Assembly: GCA_026770705.1 (NCBI GenBank)
Contig: JANJGN010000021.1
Location: forward strand, 105,028,001 to 105,092,000
Length of the DNA: 64,000 nt
Direction of reading: 5' to 3'
Source of the DNA: Isurus oxyrinchus
Lineage: Eukaryota
Within the stretch, counting starts at the first letter, position 1; every line of letters starts with the position of its first letter. Shown piece after piece: positions 51,883 through 64,000 of the stretch. Made by a program: the position numbers and the translations under genes. The notes beneath the pieces were generated by a model. That model saw only the letters and a list, made by a program, of their open reading frames with translations, did no database searches and was not told the DNA's origin.

Positions 51883-52430
51883 AAATAAAAACAGAGATTG
51901 CTGTGAAATGCTCAGCAGACCTGGCGACAGCTGCGGACAGAGAAAGAGAGTTAACGTTTCGAATCCGTAGGATTCTTCTTCAGAGCCGAAGATAGGCAGA
52001 AATGTGATGGGTTTTATACTGTTCATGAGAGGGGGCAGAGCAGGTGGAGCAAAATAGAACGTCAAGGATAGGTGGGAGCTCAGGAAGGATTTGACAAAGA
52101 TGTCATGGATACAACACAAAGGAAGTGGTAATCATAGTGGTAAAAATTAAGGCAGATGCTAAACGCTGCATCAAGAGCATTTAGCAGAATGTGTTAATAG
52201 TAGAATAAGGGTCAGCGTCCTCTGAAAGCAAAGCATCAGAAGAAGTTACAGACTAGCCTACCGTGGGAAAAATATCAGCATGAGGGCAGAGTTCATGGTC
52301 TGATTTGTTGGACTCATTGTTGAGTGCAGGAGCCTATAAATTGCCATATAGAAAGACGGGGTGATGTCCCACTAGTTTGCTTTGGGGAACTGGAGAACAG
52401 CACCTCGTCTTCCGATTATTCAGCCTTGTA
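51883..52430 (-). mobile_element. Older Penelope 3' end (pLTR + end of ORF) with a hammerhead motif at 51949-51987
   Basis: Homologous to 20730-21340. The minus strand reads ctgaaga-a-gaatc-ctacg-gattc-gaaacgtt. Confidence 0.75.
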
Positions 52431-52595
52431 TACGGATTTGACTAAGAGGTGTAAATGCTGTGTTATCGTAGCCCTGTGATATAATCTAGCATTACGTCAA
52501 TATGATTTTTTTCTGGTTGTTGTTGCTTCAGTTTGAAGCCATTTTCCTTACTTTATGATTTCCCTAAGGCTTTCGTCTTACGTGATCATGAAAAT

Positions 52596-53600
52596 ATCGG
52601 TGCTAGGACTCCAGTTATTCACAATATATATTAATGATTTAGATGAGGGAACTAAATGTAATATCTCCAAATTTGCAGACGATACAAAGCTGGGTGGGAG
52701 AGTGAGCTGTGAGGAGGATGCAGAGATGCTTCAGTGTGATTTGGGCAAGCTGAGTGAGTGGGAAAATGCATGGGAGATGCAGTATAATGTGGATAAATGT
52801 GAGGTTATCCACTTTGGTAGCAGAAACAGGAAGGCAAATTATTATCTGAATGGCTATAAATTGAGAAAGGGGAATGTGCAATGAGACTTGGGTGTCATCG
52901 TACAGCAGTTGCTGAAGGTATGCATGCAGGTGCAGCAGGCGGTAAAGAAGGCAAATGATACGTTGGCCTTAATAACGAGACGATTCGAATACAGGAGCAG
53001 GGCTGTCTTGCTGCAATTATACAGGGCCTTGTTATGGCCACATCTGGAATCTTGTGTGCAGTTTTGGTCTCCTTATCTGAGGAAGGATGTTCTTGCTATA
53101 GAGGGAGTGCAACGAAGATTTAACAGATTGATTCTTGGGATGACGGATCTGACATATGAGGAGAGATTTGGTCAGTTCAGATTATATTCTCTGGAGTTTA
53201 GAAGAATGGGGGTGTATCTCATAGAAATCTATAAAATTCTAACAGGACTAGACAGGGTATATGCAAGACAGATGCTCCCGATGGTGGGGGAGTACAGAAC
53301 CAGGGGTCACAGTCTGAGGTTATGGGGTAGACCATTTAGGACTGAGATTAGTAGAAATTTCTTCATGCAGGTAGTGGTGAGCCTATGGACTCGCTACTAC
53401 AGAAAGTGGTTGAGGCCAAAACATTTTATGTTTTCAAGAAAGAGTTAGATATAGCTCTTGAGGCTAAAGAGATCAAATGATATATGGTGAAAGCAGGAGC
53501 AGGCTATTGAGTTGGATGCTCAGCCATGATCAAGATGAATGGTGGAGCAGGCTGGAAGGGCCGAATGGCCTACTCCTGCTCTTACTTTCTATGTTCTCTT
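52596..53600 (+). mobile_element. CR1 LINE 3' fragment (about 1 kb)
   Basis: LFTIYINDLDEG...KFADDTKLGG, LQLYRAL..PHLESCVQFWSP and a CR1 tail. Confidence 0.92.
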
Positions 53601-53724
53601 TTTCTTTCTCTTTAACTCGATATCAAATCCTCTGCCTGCTATTTGCGCCTTTGTTGTGTAAGCAACACAGAATATAAATACTGCCCTCAAGCCTGCTAAT
53701 TCTTTGAAGAATTGTTAAAATTCA

Positions 53725-53990
53725 GAAAAAAGGAACATGCTATGGGAGCTCCTCATCTTGCACTCATCAGGACAGCTACACAAGATAAACCAACAGTAAA
53801 GAGGAACAATAATATATAGTGCATGAGAAGAGAGTGCTGATTGGTTGACAAATGCATACTGGTAGCCAACTAATCAGTGCTCTCTTCTCATGCAGTATAA
53901 ATTGTTGTTTCCTTTACTGTTGGTTTATCTTGCGTAACTATCCTGAATAGTGCACGATGGAAAGTTTCCATACCATGTTTCTTCTTTCAG
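53725..53990. repeat. Palindrome (arms about 53725-53847 and 53866-53988) of a hammerhead-bearing repeat
   Basis: For example caagataaaccaacagtaaag pairs with ctttactgttggtttatcttg. The left arm on the minus strand reads ctgatga-gtgcaagat-gagg. Confidence 0.85.
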
Positions 53991-54223
53991 CAAGTAGGTC
54001 TGTATTACCGAACGAGTAAGTGTTAAATTCAACAATGGCTTTATAAGAGCTTTTTTCTTTCGCACACCACAATTTCAGTTGCATACAAGTTGAGACTGGT
54101 CCTGAATGGAAAATGTGGAAATGTTATAACACAAATGCTTGTTGCATAAAATTGAGTGGGTGAAAAAATGCCCTGTTTACTGTAATGCCAACTAACAAAG
54201 TGTTCATGTCCTTTCTGCAAAAG

Positions 54224-54260
54224 CATGAAGTTGCTTACTCTCACTGTCGTGATAAGGAAG
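54224..54260 (+). CDS. Gene B exon 7 (HEVAYSHCRDKE)
   Basis: Branch-point-like actaac at 54191, ctttctgcaaaag| ... AAG|GTAAGA, phase 0-1. Confidence 0.6.
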
Positions 54261-56059
54261 GTAAGACGAAGAAAAACCGCCCACCACTGCCAAAGAGGAC
54301 CATGCAGTAAACCTTCACATCGCTTGATTATTGTCGCGTATCTATTTCACCAGCAGACCTTATCAAAATAACTGTAAGATTAAAAAGAATACGACTTTCA
54401 ACTTTTCAAGTGTTTTTTGGAACTAGTTTTTGATCAATGATGTGCAATACACGTTGTGTGAAAGTTTAAATATGTGACATTGTTCCTTTTCCAACTAGAT
54501 CCTGTCTTGAATTTGCTGTTACCGTTGGGTAGCCTATTGTTAGCAATTAGTTATATAATTCGAAAAACAATGAAAAGCTGTATTCAGTTGAAATGCTTTC
54601 CAAAAGTAAACAAATACTTTTCGTGCCTAATGGCACATGAGGCAGACAACCCACACATAGCTAGGTTTACCTGGAGCAGGTCACGGGTCTATAGCCTGAA
54701 GGGAGCCAATCCTCATCAAGCATGGCTGATCAGGAGACTCTCCTGCTTTTGTACATCGGAAGGGTTTATAATGGTCAATCTGTAAGGCTAGGTTATTAAT
54801 GCACTTTCCATGGTCATCAACTCCTAGGTTCGGACTCGCACCTGGAGCTTTTGGCTCAGAGAGAGGGACGCTATTCACCGTGCCACAAGATCTCCCCAGT
54901 TATTTTATTTATTCCAGCTTTCTTAATTGCATTTTATCGATGCCCCTGTGTTCTTTGCTTCTATGAGTTTGTCTTGTTACCTTTATGTTGCAAGTGCACT
55001 TTAAGCTTTATTTTTTCTCCTTGTACCATTATGTTTTCACATACTGGTTAGTAGCCTAGCTTGTAGTTTAAAATAATTCCTCCTCAGAACCTTAGAACTG
55101 AGAGCCTTCTCGATTTTCTCATTTCACCTAAACCCCGGCCAGCCAAAGACTAAAAACCTTTTAAAAAACACTTAAGTGTGGCACCAACTAAACACTTTTA
55201 CTTGACTTCGTTCAACCACTGTGGTGTTCTGCACTGCGGGTTTTAGACCTACACTTAGGCTTCCCACAAATATGTGTATTTTGTTACATAATTGCTGCTT
55301 TAAGGTCGCATAGGAGGCATTATTCACAGACAGCCCACAGATTGGTATCCAAGGGTTTGCAATTCAGACAGTTGTTGACTGGAGAAAGCGCTCCATAGCT
55401 CAACCTTTTACAATGAAGACACCGATAATGCCACAGCAAACTCGGGAAAAGTGTTCCAGACAACACGTTGCCTCTGACTAGCAGTTGAAATCATGAAGTA
55501 TAATAGTAACAAGCAGAACTGAAAGGAATACACTTGTGACCAAATATCTCACTGTATATCCAATAGGAATTTCTAGACACTTCAGTAATACATAAACGAG
55601 GAAATAAAATCATTAGGATATGTAATATAATGTATGTTATTAAGGCGGATATTCAGGTATTTACTGAAAAAATGTCAGATTTTTATATTATTTTCCTGTT
55701 ATTTTAAAAATATTTCCCCTTTTAGACATTACTTGTATCATTTTCTAGAATTTTGTTTCTCCATTTAGGCGCATGTTTTTCTGGAGATCAAATGTTTGAT
55801 TACTAATCTGTACTACTTTATAAGTAAACCTCGTATTTTGCAATGAACATGTGCACGATTAGAGATATGCGACTGAAATGCAAGCTTAATTATATGAAGC
55901 AATTACACAGTGGCACATTATGTGCCATTCTAGCTCTTCTCAATAAAAGCGCATTTCAGGCCAAGTATCTGTTGGTTTTCTATTTCTGGTCATTAGATTT
56001 GTTGCTGTACAGTTAAATAATTTTAGTGTCAGTATCAAAAATAGTATATTTTTCTGCAG

Positions 56060-56118
56060 AGCGTCTCATCCACGGAACACCGTCTCAGAGAATTTCACAA
56101 GACTGGGTGGAGCAAAAA
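56060..56118 (+). CDS. Gene B exon 8 ((E)RLIHGTPSQRISQDWVEQK)
   Basis: tttttctgcag| ... AAA|GTAAGC, phase 1-0, continuing the frame from exon 7. Confidence 0.6.
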
Positions 56119-56752
56119 GTAAGCGCTTAGAATTAAGGAGCAGGGCTGGAGGGAAGGTAAAATGGATCGAAAATATGTTTATTGCCTTATGCTAGGTGCT
56201 AGGGAACTCCACCACTTACAATAGAGTAGAGAGACACGTAATGCTCTTCTAAGATCAATGGTGGAGGCCAAACAATGATGTTATTCAACACAAAAAAAAA
56301 CAGAATTGAAATACTGCGAAGGGGGAATAGTAGGCTGATATAAAGGAGTACTGCAGTTTGGCTACATGACTCGTCGCATCTAAAATTACCTTTGGAAAGT
56401 ATTTGTAAGTGAAAGGTTTTAAAATGGCTTTTCATAGGAAGCAGCAAGGTGTTTGGAATTATGGAGTGAGTTTCTCAAGATCAGGACATATTCACTGAAT
56501 AAATGGCTACCCGTGGCAATGCTATACCCATCCAACATTATGGTGAACATCAAGATGCTATGTGTTGGCAATCCACAGATATTGTCACGACGCCACCGTC
56601 TCCCGGTATCCAACAGAAGATTGAAACTACACTAGAATGCATCTGCTAATTAAAGAGAGGTTTTCTTATTAGGGCCACTTTAAGCTTGAAAAGTGCACGA
56701 TCAAAAGATAAATCGTTTACTTTTATTACACTAAACACTTGTATTCTTTCAG

Positions 56753-56758
56753 AAATAA
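56753..56758 (+). CDS. Gene B candidate terminal exon (K, stop)
   Basis: Acceptor ttgtattctttcag| then AAA TAA, with AATAAA near 56992 and 57117. An alternative acceptor at 56840 would give PVMENIT*. Confidence 0.35.
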   Translation, partial: K

Positions 56759-57399
56759 TCTCTCTTTTTAAATAACACTTTGGTTCAATATTTATGAATG
56801 ATATTTTTTAATCTGCCTTCCAAATTACTGCTCTCCTCAGCCAGTGATGGAAAACATTACTTAGATATTAGACCTAGATATTGTCTCGCGGGTTAAGTTT
56901 GTCACAAGCAAGTGACACCCACACAAGCTTTTGTATGCCTGGTATTTCCACGCTATAAGTTAAAGCAGGAAATCATTTAGTCATCTTGTGAAATAAATTG
57001 GTTTTTTTTGCAATGCCCGTGAACAATTGACCTTAATCTGTAATCAAACATGCATATAAACAGTGGTTATATGCTGATTAAAGCTTCCAGTGGCGTAGTC
57101 ACATTCCGACATCAGCAATAAAAATTCGGCACGTACAAATGCTGACTGATTCGATGCTCTTTCAAACCGAAACCAAAACGACCTTTACAACTTTTAATTT
57201 AAATTAATCTATTGATCTTCAGGAGAAACTTTAAAGGTGGAAGAATTTCTCTGATCCAGTTGTGCTTTGGATGATCTGTGATCGTTGCCCTTAGATCACA
57301 GAAGGTTCTGGGGACTTTTAACATTGGTCTGGGGGAGAGGTGAAGAGGGGAGAGGGGGGTAGGAACTATCCTCAATTCATTTGCAGCTCCACTTTAAAG

Positions 57400-58620
57400 G
57401 CCCTAACTCTCAAGCCTTTCACCCTCCGCTCGTCAGGACCCTTTCTGCAGGTATTAATTTACCCAACCATGCTCTCACCTCTACCTTTGATCTCCTAGCC
57501 CCCAATGAAATGATTAGCCTCGCTCAACCTAGCCGCTCACCCTGACACAACTCTCATCTCAACTCGCCTAAGTCGAAAGGACAGAACTTGATATGATATG
57601 GCAGACAACTAGCTTAGCCATCGACAGCCAAGACTGAGTGGACCAGATGAAGCATTATCGGGCTCTGCTCTGGTCTTCTGAAACTTCTCACTACTCCTGG
57701 GTCATCTTGGAATGCAAAGAAAACCTCCGTCTTCTTTTCCCTATTGCATACCACCTTCTTAAACCCCTCTCCCCTGGCCCCTGCACCCTCATCTCCGACA
57801 ATTGTGACTAAGATTGTCACTAAGATTGAGACAACTGATCCGCTGCTTCAGCTGATCTATTGATGCACCTGGCCGGACTTCCTCCAGTGCTCCTCCCTGC
57901 TCTAGATGTGAACATGCATTTTCCTCTGGTTTCTCTCCTATCTCCCATCATGCTCTCTCTGAACTCATCTTGTCCATGAGAGCCATCTCCTGTTCCCGTG
58001 ATCCTATTAACACTAAACTGGTAATCACCAGATTTCACCAGCTACTCCACTCCCAACACCAAACCACCACCGCCGCTCCCAGCATCTTCCCCGTGCTAGT
58101 TGATATGGGAAATGGCCTCTCTCTTCAGGTGTTATCTGGCTTTGCTTTAAATGCTGTCCTCTCCTCAAAAAACTGACACCCGGCTCTCACTCCCATCCTC
58201 GCAAACTGCCGCCCCAGCTCCAACCTCCCTTTCCTCTTGAAAGTCCTGGAGCATGTTGTCGCATCCCAAATCCATTCCCATCTTTCTCGGAATTGCAAAT
58301 TTGAATCCCTCCAATCAGGTTTCCGCCCCTACCATAGCATCAAAACGGTACTTATCAAAACCGCAAATGACATCCTATGTGACTATGACAAAGGTAAACT
58401 TTTGTTGCTCGTCCTTCTCGATCTGCCTTCAGCCTTTGAGATGGCTGACTGCAACGTCCTCTTTCAATGGCTTTCCACTGTCGCCCCGCTGGTGGGATTG
58501 CTCTCACGTGATTCTATTCTTATTTATCTGGTATTTTCCAGTGAATCACTTGCAATGTGTTCTCTTCATGCGTTCCCACCGTTGATACTGGCGTCGACCT
58601 TTATTTATTTTTCATCTCTA
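57400..58620 (+). mobile_element. L2-clade LINE RT relic
   Basis: KVLEHVVASQI...FESLQSGFRPYHS...LLVLLDLPSAF. Confidence 0.85.
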
Positions 58621-58949
58621 TTTTGCCCCCTGGCAACAGGGAAAGACAGGGAATTACAACTGGCTGGATTGCATTTGCAGAGACGCAGCACGGACTTAAT
58701 GGGTCGATTGGTTTCCTTCTGTATTGTAGCCATTCTATGATTCTATGATATATAATGCATTAATAAATGGCAGAATGCATTTATTAAATCTGGTTTGACT
58801 AATTTGATTGGGTTCCTGGATAAATACAACTGATAAAGTATGATTGCAGCGAAATAATTTGATTTTTTTGTTGCTGTTGTTTCATTTCTGACATGTGAAC
58901 TTCTTTGGCAAGACCAGAATTCGTTGTCCATCCCAAAGTTCACTTAAGT

Positions 58950-60288
58950 TAAGAGCGGCATCAAGTTGAAAAATAAGATGTATAATGCCGCAATGATGAT
59001 TAAAAGGCCACATATTTGGGAGCATTTTAGAAACTAACAAATGATGACTAAAACATAATAAAGAGGGAGACATTAGTACAAGAGAGTAAACTATCAAGAA
59101 ACATAGAAACTGACAATACCAACTTCTAAAAGTATATAAAGGGAAGGGAGTAGCTAAAGTCAACTTTGGTGCCTGAGAATATGAGACTGAGGAAATTAAA
59201 AATGGGAAAGAAGGAAATGGCAGAGACTTTGAATAAATATTTTTTGAATCTGTCTTCACAGTAGAAGACACAAAAATCCCAAGGATAGTAGAAATTCAGC
59301 GGCTAAAGGGAAGGAGGAACTTAAAACAAGCAATATCACTACAGAAAAATATTAAGTAAAGTAATTCGACTAAGGACTCGCAGGTACGCTGGACCTGATG
59401 AAATGCATCTTAGGGTATCAAAAGAAGTGACTGCAGACATAGTGGATGCATTGGTTGCAATCTTCCTAAATTCCCTCGATTCTGGAAATGTCCCTTTGGA
59501 TCAGAAATTCGCAAATATAGCACCTCTATTCAAGAAAGGAGGGAGACAGAAAAGAGGAAACTATAGCAGAGTTATCCTAATATCAGTCATTGGGAAATGC
59601 TAGAGTCCGTTTTTAAGGAAGTAGTAGCGGGGCATTTAGAAAATCATAATACTTTTAAGCAGGTCAACATCATTCTTTAACAGGGAAATCGTGCTTAGCA
59701 AACTTTTCAGAGTTATTTCAGGATAAACAAGCAGGGTAGATAAAGGGGAACAATTAGATGCTTTGTATTTGGATTTCCAAAAGGCCTCCTTATTTAAGGA
59801 GGGATATACTTTTATTGGAGGCTGTTCAGGGAAGGTTCCTTCCTCGGATGAAGGGGTTGTCTTATGAGGGAGGATTAAGCAGTTAGGGCCTATACTATTG
59901 ATATTTAGAAGAATGAAAGGTTATCTTATTGAAACATATACGATTCTGAGGGTGTTTGACAGGGTAACTGCTGGGAGCATAATTCAGCATTGTAGGAGAA
60001 TCTAGAACTGGAGCACAAATTCAATATACAGGATCTTCCATTGAAGATGGAGGTAAGCATGTATTTCATCTCTCAGAGAGCTGTTGATCTTTGGAGTTCA
60101 CTATCTCAGAGAGCAATGGAGGCTGGATCTTTGAAAATATACAAGGCTGAGGGAGATAGAATTTTGTCTACAAGGGAGTTAAGGGTTATACAAGAAAGTA
60201 GGGTAAAGAGCATGATCATATTTATGGCGGAGCAGGCCAAGGAGGCAAATGGCCTACCCCTGCTCCGATGCGCTTACGATTTGTGTTC
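58950..60288 (+). mobile_element. Internally deleted CR1 LINE relic
   Basis: ANIAPLFKKGGRQKRGNY...; SQRAVDLWSSL and a 3' tail. Confidence 0.85.
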
Positions 60289-62460
60289 CAGCCTCTGACC
60301 TGCTCTTGTAGCCACATTATTTATATGGCTAGTTCAGTTCACTTTCTGGGTAATGGTAACCCTCAGGATATTAATGATGGGGAGTTAAGCGATGGCCATG
60401 CTACTGAATGTTAAGGGGAGATGGTTAGTTTCTCTCTTGCTGGAGGTGGTCATTGCCTGGCACTTGTGCGACGTGTATGTTACTTGCTACTTCTGAACTC
60501 ACGTCCGAATTTTGGACACATATGGACAAGCACTGCTTCATTGTCTGAAGAGTTGTAAAATGTACTGAATACTGTGCAATCATTAGCGAACATCCCCACT
60601 TCTGACCTTATGACTGAGGGAAGGCCGTGAAAGAGCAGCTGCAGATAGTTGTGACTAGGATACGACCCTGAGGAACACCTGCAGCGATGTCTGGAGCCCA
60701 GATGATTTACCTCTGACAACTACATCTATCCTCTTCTGCGCTCAGCCTGACTCCAACCAGTGCAGAGATCCCACCCCTTCCTCCCACCCCTACTCCCCCC
60801 TCCGATTCACATTGACTCCTGTTTGGCTAAGGCTCCTTGATGTCACACTTGGTCAAGAGCTGCCTTGATGTCAAGGGCAGTCACTTTCACCACACCTCTG
60901 GAGTTCAGCTGTCCCGTCTATGTTAGAACCAAGGCTGCAATGAGGTCAGGAGTGTAGTGTGCCTGGCGATACTCAAACTGATCATCAGTGAGCAAATTAT
61001 TGCTGAGCAAGGGCTGCTGGATTTCATACCTTCCATCATTTTGCTGATGATTGAGAGTAGATTGATCTGGCGGCAATATGCTGTGTTGGATTTATCGTGC
61101 TTTTATGTACAGGACACGGGCAATCATCCATATCGCCGGGCAGTTACCAATGTTGCAGCCATATTGAAACAACTTGGCTAAGGAAGCAGCTAGTTCTAGA
61201 TCTCCAGCCCTAAGTACTTTGGCGGGACGCTGTCAGGGTCTATAACCCTTCCTGTTTCCTTGCCTTCAGCTGTTTCCTAAAATCAGGAGGAATGAATTGA
61301 ATTTGTGAAGACTGCCAGCTGTGTTAGCGGGAATCTACGAGGAGCAGAAATATATCATGCACTCGGCACTTCTGCCTGAAGATGGTTGCAAATACTTCAA
61401 ACTTGTTTTTGCACTGAAGTGCTGGGCTTCTCCACAGTTGAGGGTGGGGATGTTTTTGAAGCCTCGTCCGCCGCTTAGACATTGCTCAACACAATTCATC
61501 ACTCGATGTGGCATCACTTGATCTGATCCGTTGGTTATGGGATCTTTTAGCTCGATGAACAGCACACTTTTTCGACTTTTTATCATTCACGTAGCCCTGT
61601 GTTGTAGTGCACGAGGTTAGCACCTCAGTTTTATATTCAGCATGAGTCACCCTACACCCCCACCCCCCACCCCCAGCCAACCCCCCTCCCCGCTCCCCCC
61701 TCCCCACCCACTTCCCGCACTCCATGCGGAATCAATGTTTTTCTCGTGGTTTGATGGCAATAGTATGCCGGGTCATAAGGTTGCATATTATGGTTGAAAG
61801 CAATTCTTCCCGTGCTCCTAACCCAGGCACCCCATCGATGTCCAGTTTCAAGCTGCGAGATCTGTTCTGAGTTTATTCCGTTTGGCAGGCTGGTAGTGCT
61901 TATTGTGGAGAAGAGATTTAATGACTGCTGGCCGTTCCTACTATACTATCATGGATAGATGCATCTGTGTCAAGTAGATGTATGCAGACGAGCTGAAGTA
62001 GGGTGTTTCTCCCAGCGCCTTCTGCAGGCCCAGTCTACCAGATGCAGCCTTCATTGTTCAGCCAGCTTGGCCAGCCGCTCTAGGTGACAGACATTGAAAT
62101 CCTCCACCCAGAGTACATTCTGCTCCATTTATACCGCCAATGCTTCCTCAAAGTGGTGTTCAACATGGAGGACCTCTGATTCATCAGCTGAAGATGATTG
62201 TTAACTGCTAATCAGCATGAAATTTCCTTGCCCATCTTCTATGTCATGAGGCTTCATGTGGCCCAAAGTCAATGTTGAGGACCCCTAGGGCAACTCCCTC
62301 CTGACTGTATATCTCTGTGCCCTAACCTCTGCTGGGTCTGTTCAGCAAGTGGAACAGGACATATCCAGGGATGGTGTTTGAGGTGTTAGGTACATTGACT
62401 GTTGTGTATTATTCGGTGAATATAACACTTTAAGGCTGTTGCCTGATTAGCCAATGGGAC
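60289..62460 (-). mobile_element. Long decayed family B LINE
   Basis: Minus ORF LPSVIRSEVGMFANDCTVF; homologous to 24140-24520 and to 1-700. Confidence 0.8.
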
Positions 62461-64000
62461 GTTTCTCCCAATATCTGCAATGTAGCCTTTGTATATTGCC
62501 AAAGGATGTTTCAGGAACCTGCATATGACAATGCAAAAAGAAAATAAGGTTGCTTATAAAGAAGTTCTTGACCCTATAGTGTCTGTTCACGACCGCAGTC
62601 GAAGTCGAATGCCATCCTCTAGGATAGTTTTAACTTTGGGCAATAGCGAATCAGCTGGCCATTATTCATCACTTCCAAGCTAAGCAGGTGGAAGGAAAGC
62701 TGGTCTTTCACCGGCGAGCTAACTCTGAGTAACAATCCTATAAACCATGCAATGGGTTGTTTGATGTTTGTGAATTTTGCCAATAATTATTTATTGTTTA
62801 GGCATGAATTATACGTGCAATAACCTATGAAGATAAACAGTCTACTGAAGGAGTATAGACCGCAAGTCCAAACCTTTGTCCATTCTGTGTTGAAGCACCC
62901 TCACCAGCTCAGCGATAGCAGTGCAACTGTGTGCAAGTGCGGTAACATGAAATCAAGTACTTTAGGATAATAAAATATAAACGTTGTTTCTATGGCATCC
63001 ATACTTCCATTTACAATTGATAACTAATGTTCTAGTCATACCCTGATTGCAGTTATAGCACAATAATATTTTATGTGGTGATTGAAGAGAAGGGAATGCA
63101 AATGGCAGGGTGTGCATTACTCTGCCCAATGACTAAATGGCTAATAAGAGATTTGTTTGAAACAGTGTCACTGCCTAGACATTATAATGTGTTGATTCCT
63201 GCTGTGTGGCAATAAAGAAGATTTATCATAACCAGTTGTGGCGGGCTCCAAATCCCTTGCTGAAACCTAAAATGGTCAAAATCGTTTAGCGTCACAATCC
63301 ATTTTCAGGGAACAAAGAAAGTCTGAGATGCTAGAACATCCTAGAGTGGCTGTAGAGAAGAGAGGGGGTGGAGGGTGACTCAAGTGCGACATCACATGAA
63401 GAAGCATGAAGAAGCGTCTGCTGCTTCAGTATCAGAGGGGCATGATTTCTGCGGGATCAATCAGGAGCAACAAGGAGTTTCTCATCAACCAGGTCTGCTG
63501 TCATGTACAACAATATCGCATGAGGAATCCTAGAACTGCGGGAAGTAATGCAGAAGGTGCCAGCATCATTGTAATATGGAGCAGAATACGTGGTGCAAAA
63601 AACTGAGGGAGAAGCCAGGGCTTCCACCGAGGTGGAAGCTCTTGAGGCTTCGGGGGACAAGCTGGAGACCCGATAAAGCGTGGCTTCCAACTTCTCACTG
63701 AGTCCTTGCTAGGCCTGGCAGCTGCTAGAATGGCAGGTACCAGGCTGATGACTGGAATCACAGGCCACGGCTGCAATGGAAGCATTAATGGAACAGTTCA
63801 AGTACCAGTCTCTGCCACCTCTCCGGGCCTGCCTGGGACTCCAGCCTTCCATCAGTAAGCATTATGTTATCCGATGTGGTAGACTGCATAAGGCCTCCAG
63901 CCTAAGACCCTAGGAGTAATTCTGGTCTAGAATTACACAGCAGCCAGCATGGACATACTACAGTTCACTGCCTGGCAAGTTTCCACCATGTCCCATTTTA

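Noticed and set aside
55769-55823. Extra gene B exon (AHVFLEIKCLITNLYYFI)
   Set aside because: Weak donor (A|GTAAAC) and atypical composition; exon 7 already links exons 6 and 8 in phase with stronger signals.

Overview
Eukaryotic, repeat-rich genomic DNA. The repeat set (CR1-clade LINEs, a Deu-domain SINE, Penelope elements with hammerhead motifs, Harbinger relics) points to a cartilaginous fish (shark); this is inferred from repeat recognition, not from a search. There are two N gaps. The unique sequence holds two tandem plus-strand immunoglobulin-superfamily receptor loci, which I assembled by hand from splice sites and phases. Gene B (40508 to about 56758) looks intact: leader, one non-rearranging VJ-type V domain resembling NKp30/NCR3, an uncharged TM, and a tail built from micro-exons with two tyrosines (about 240 aa). 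Gene A (9929 to at least 16688) has intact, phase-compatible leader, stalk, TM and first tail exons, but its Ig exon(s) are frameshifted. It is either a pseudogene or an Ig-less transmembrane adaptor. Other notable items are a young 5'-truncated Penelope insertion (open RT+GIY-YIG frame, inverted pLTR, 14-bp TSD, hammerhead motifs), a 143-bp tRNA-derived SINE with a perfect 15-bp TSD, a Vingi/Ingi-like fragment, and two intronic inverted repeats in gene B. Boundaries of old repeats are approximate.
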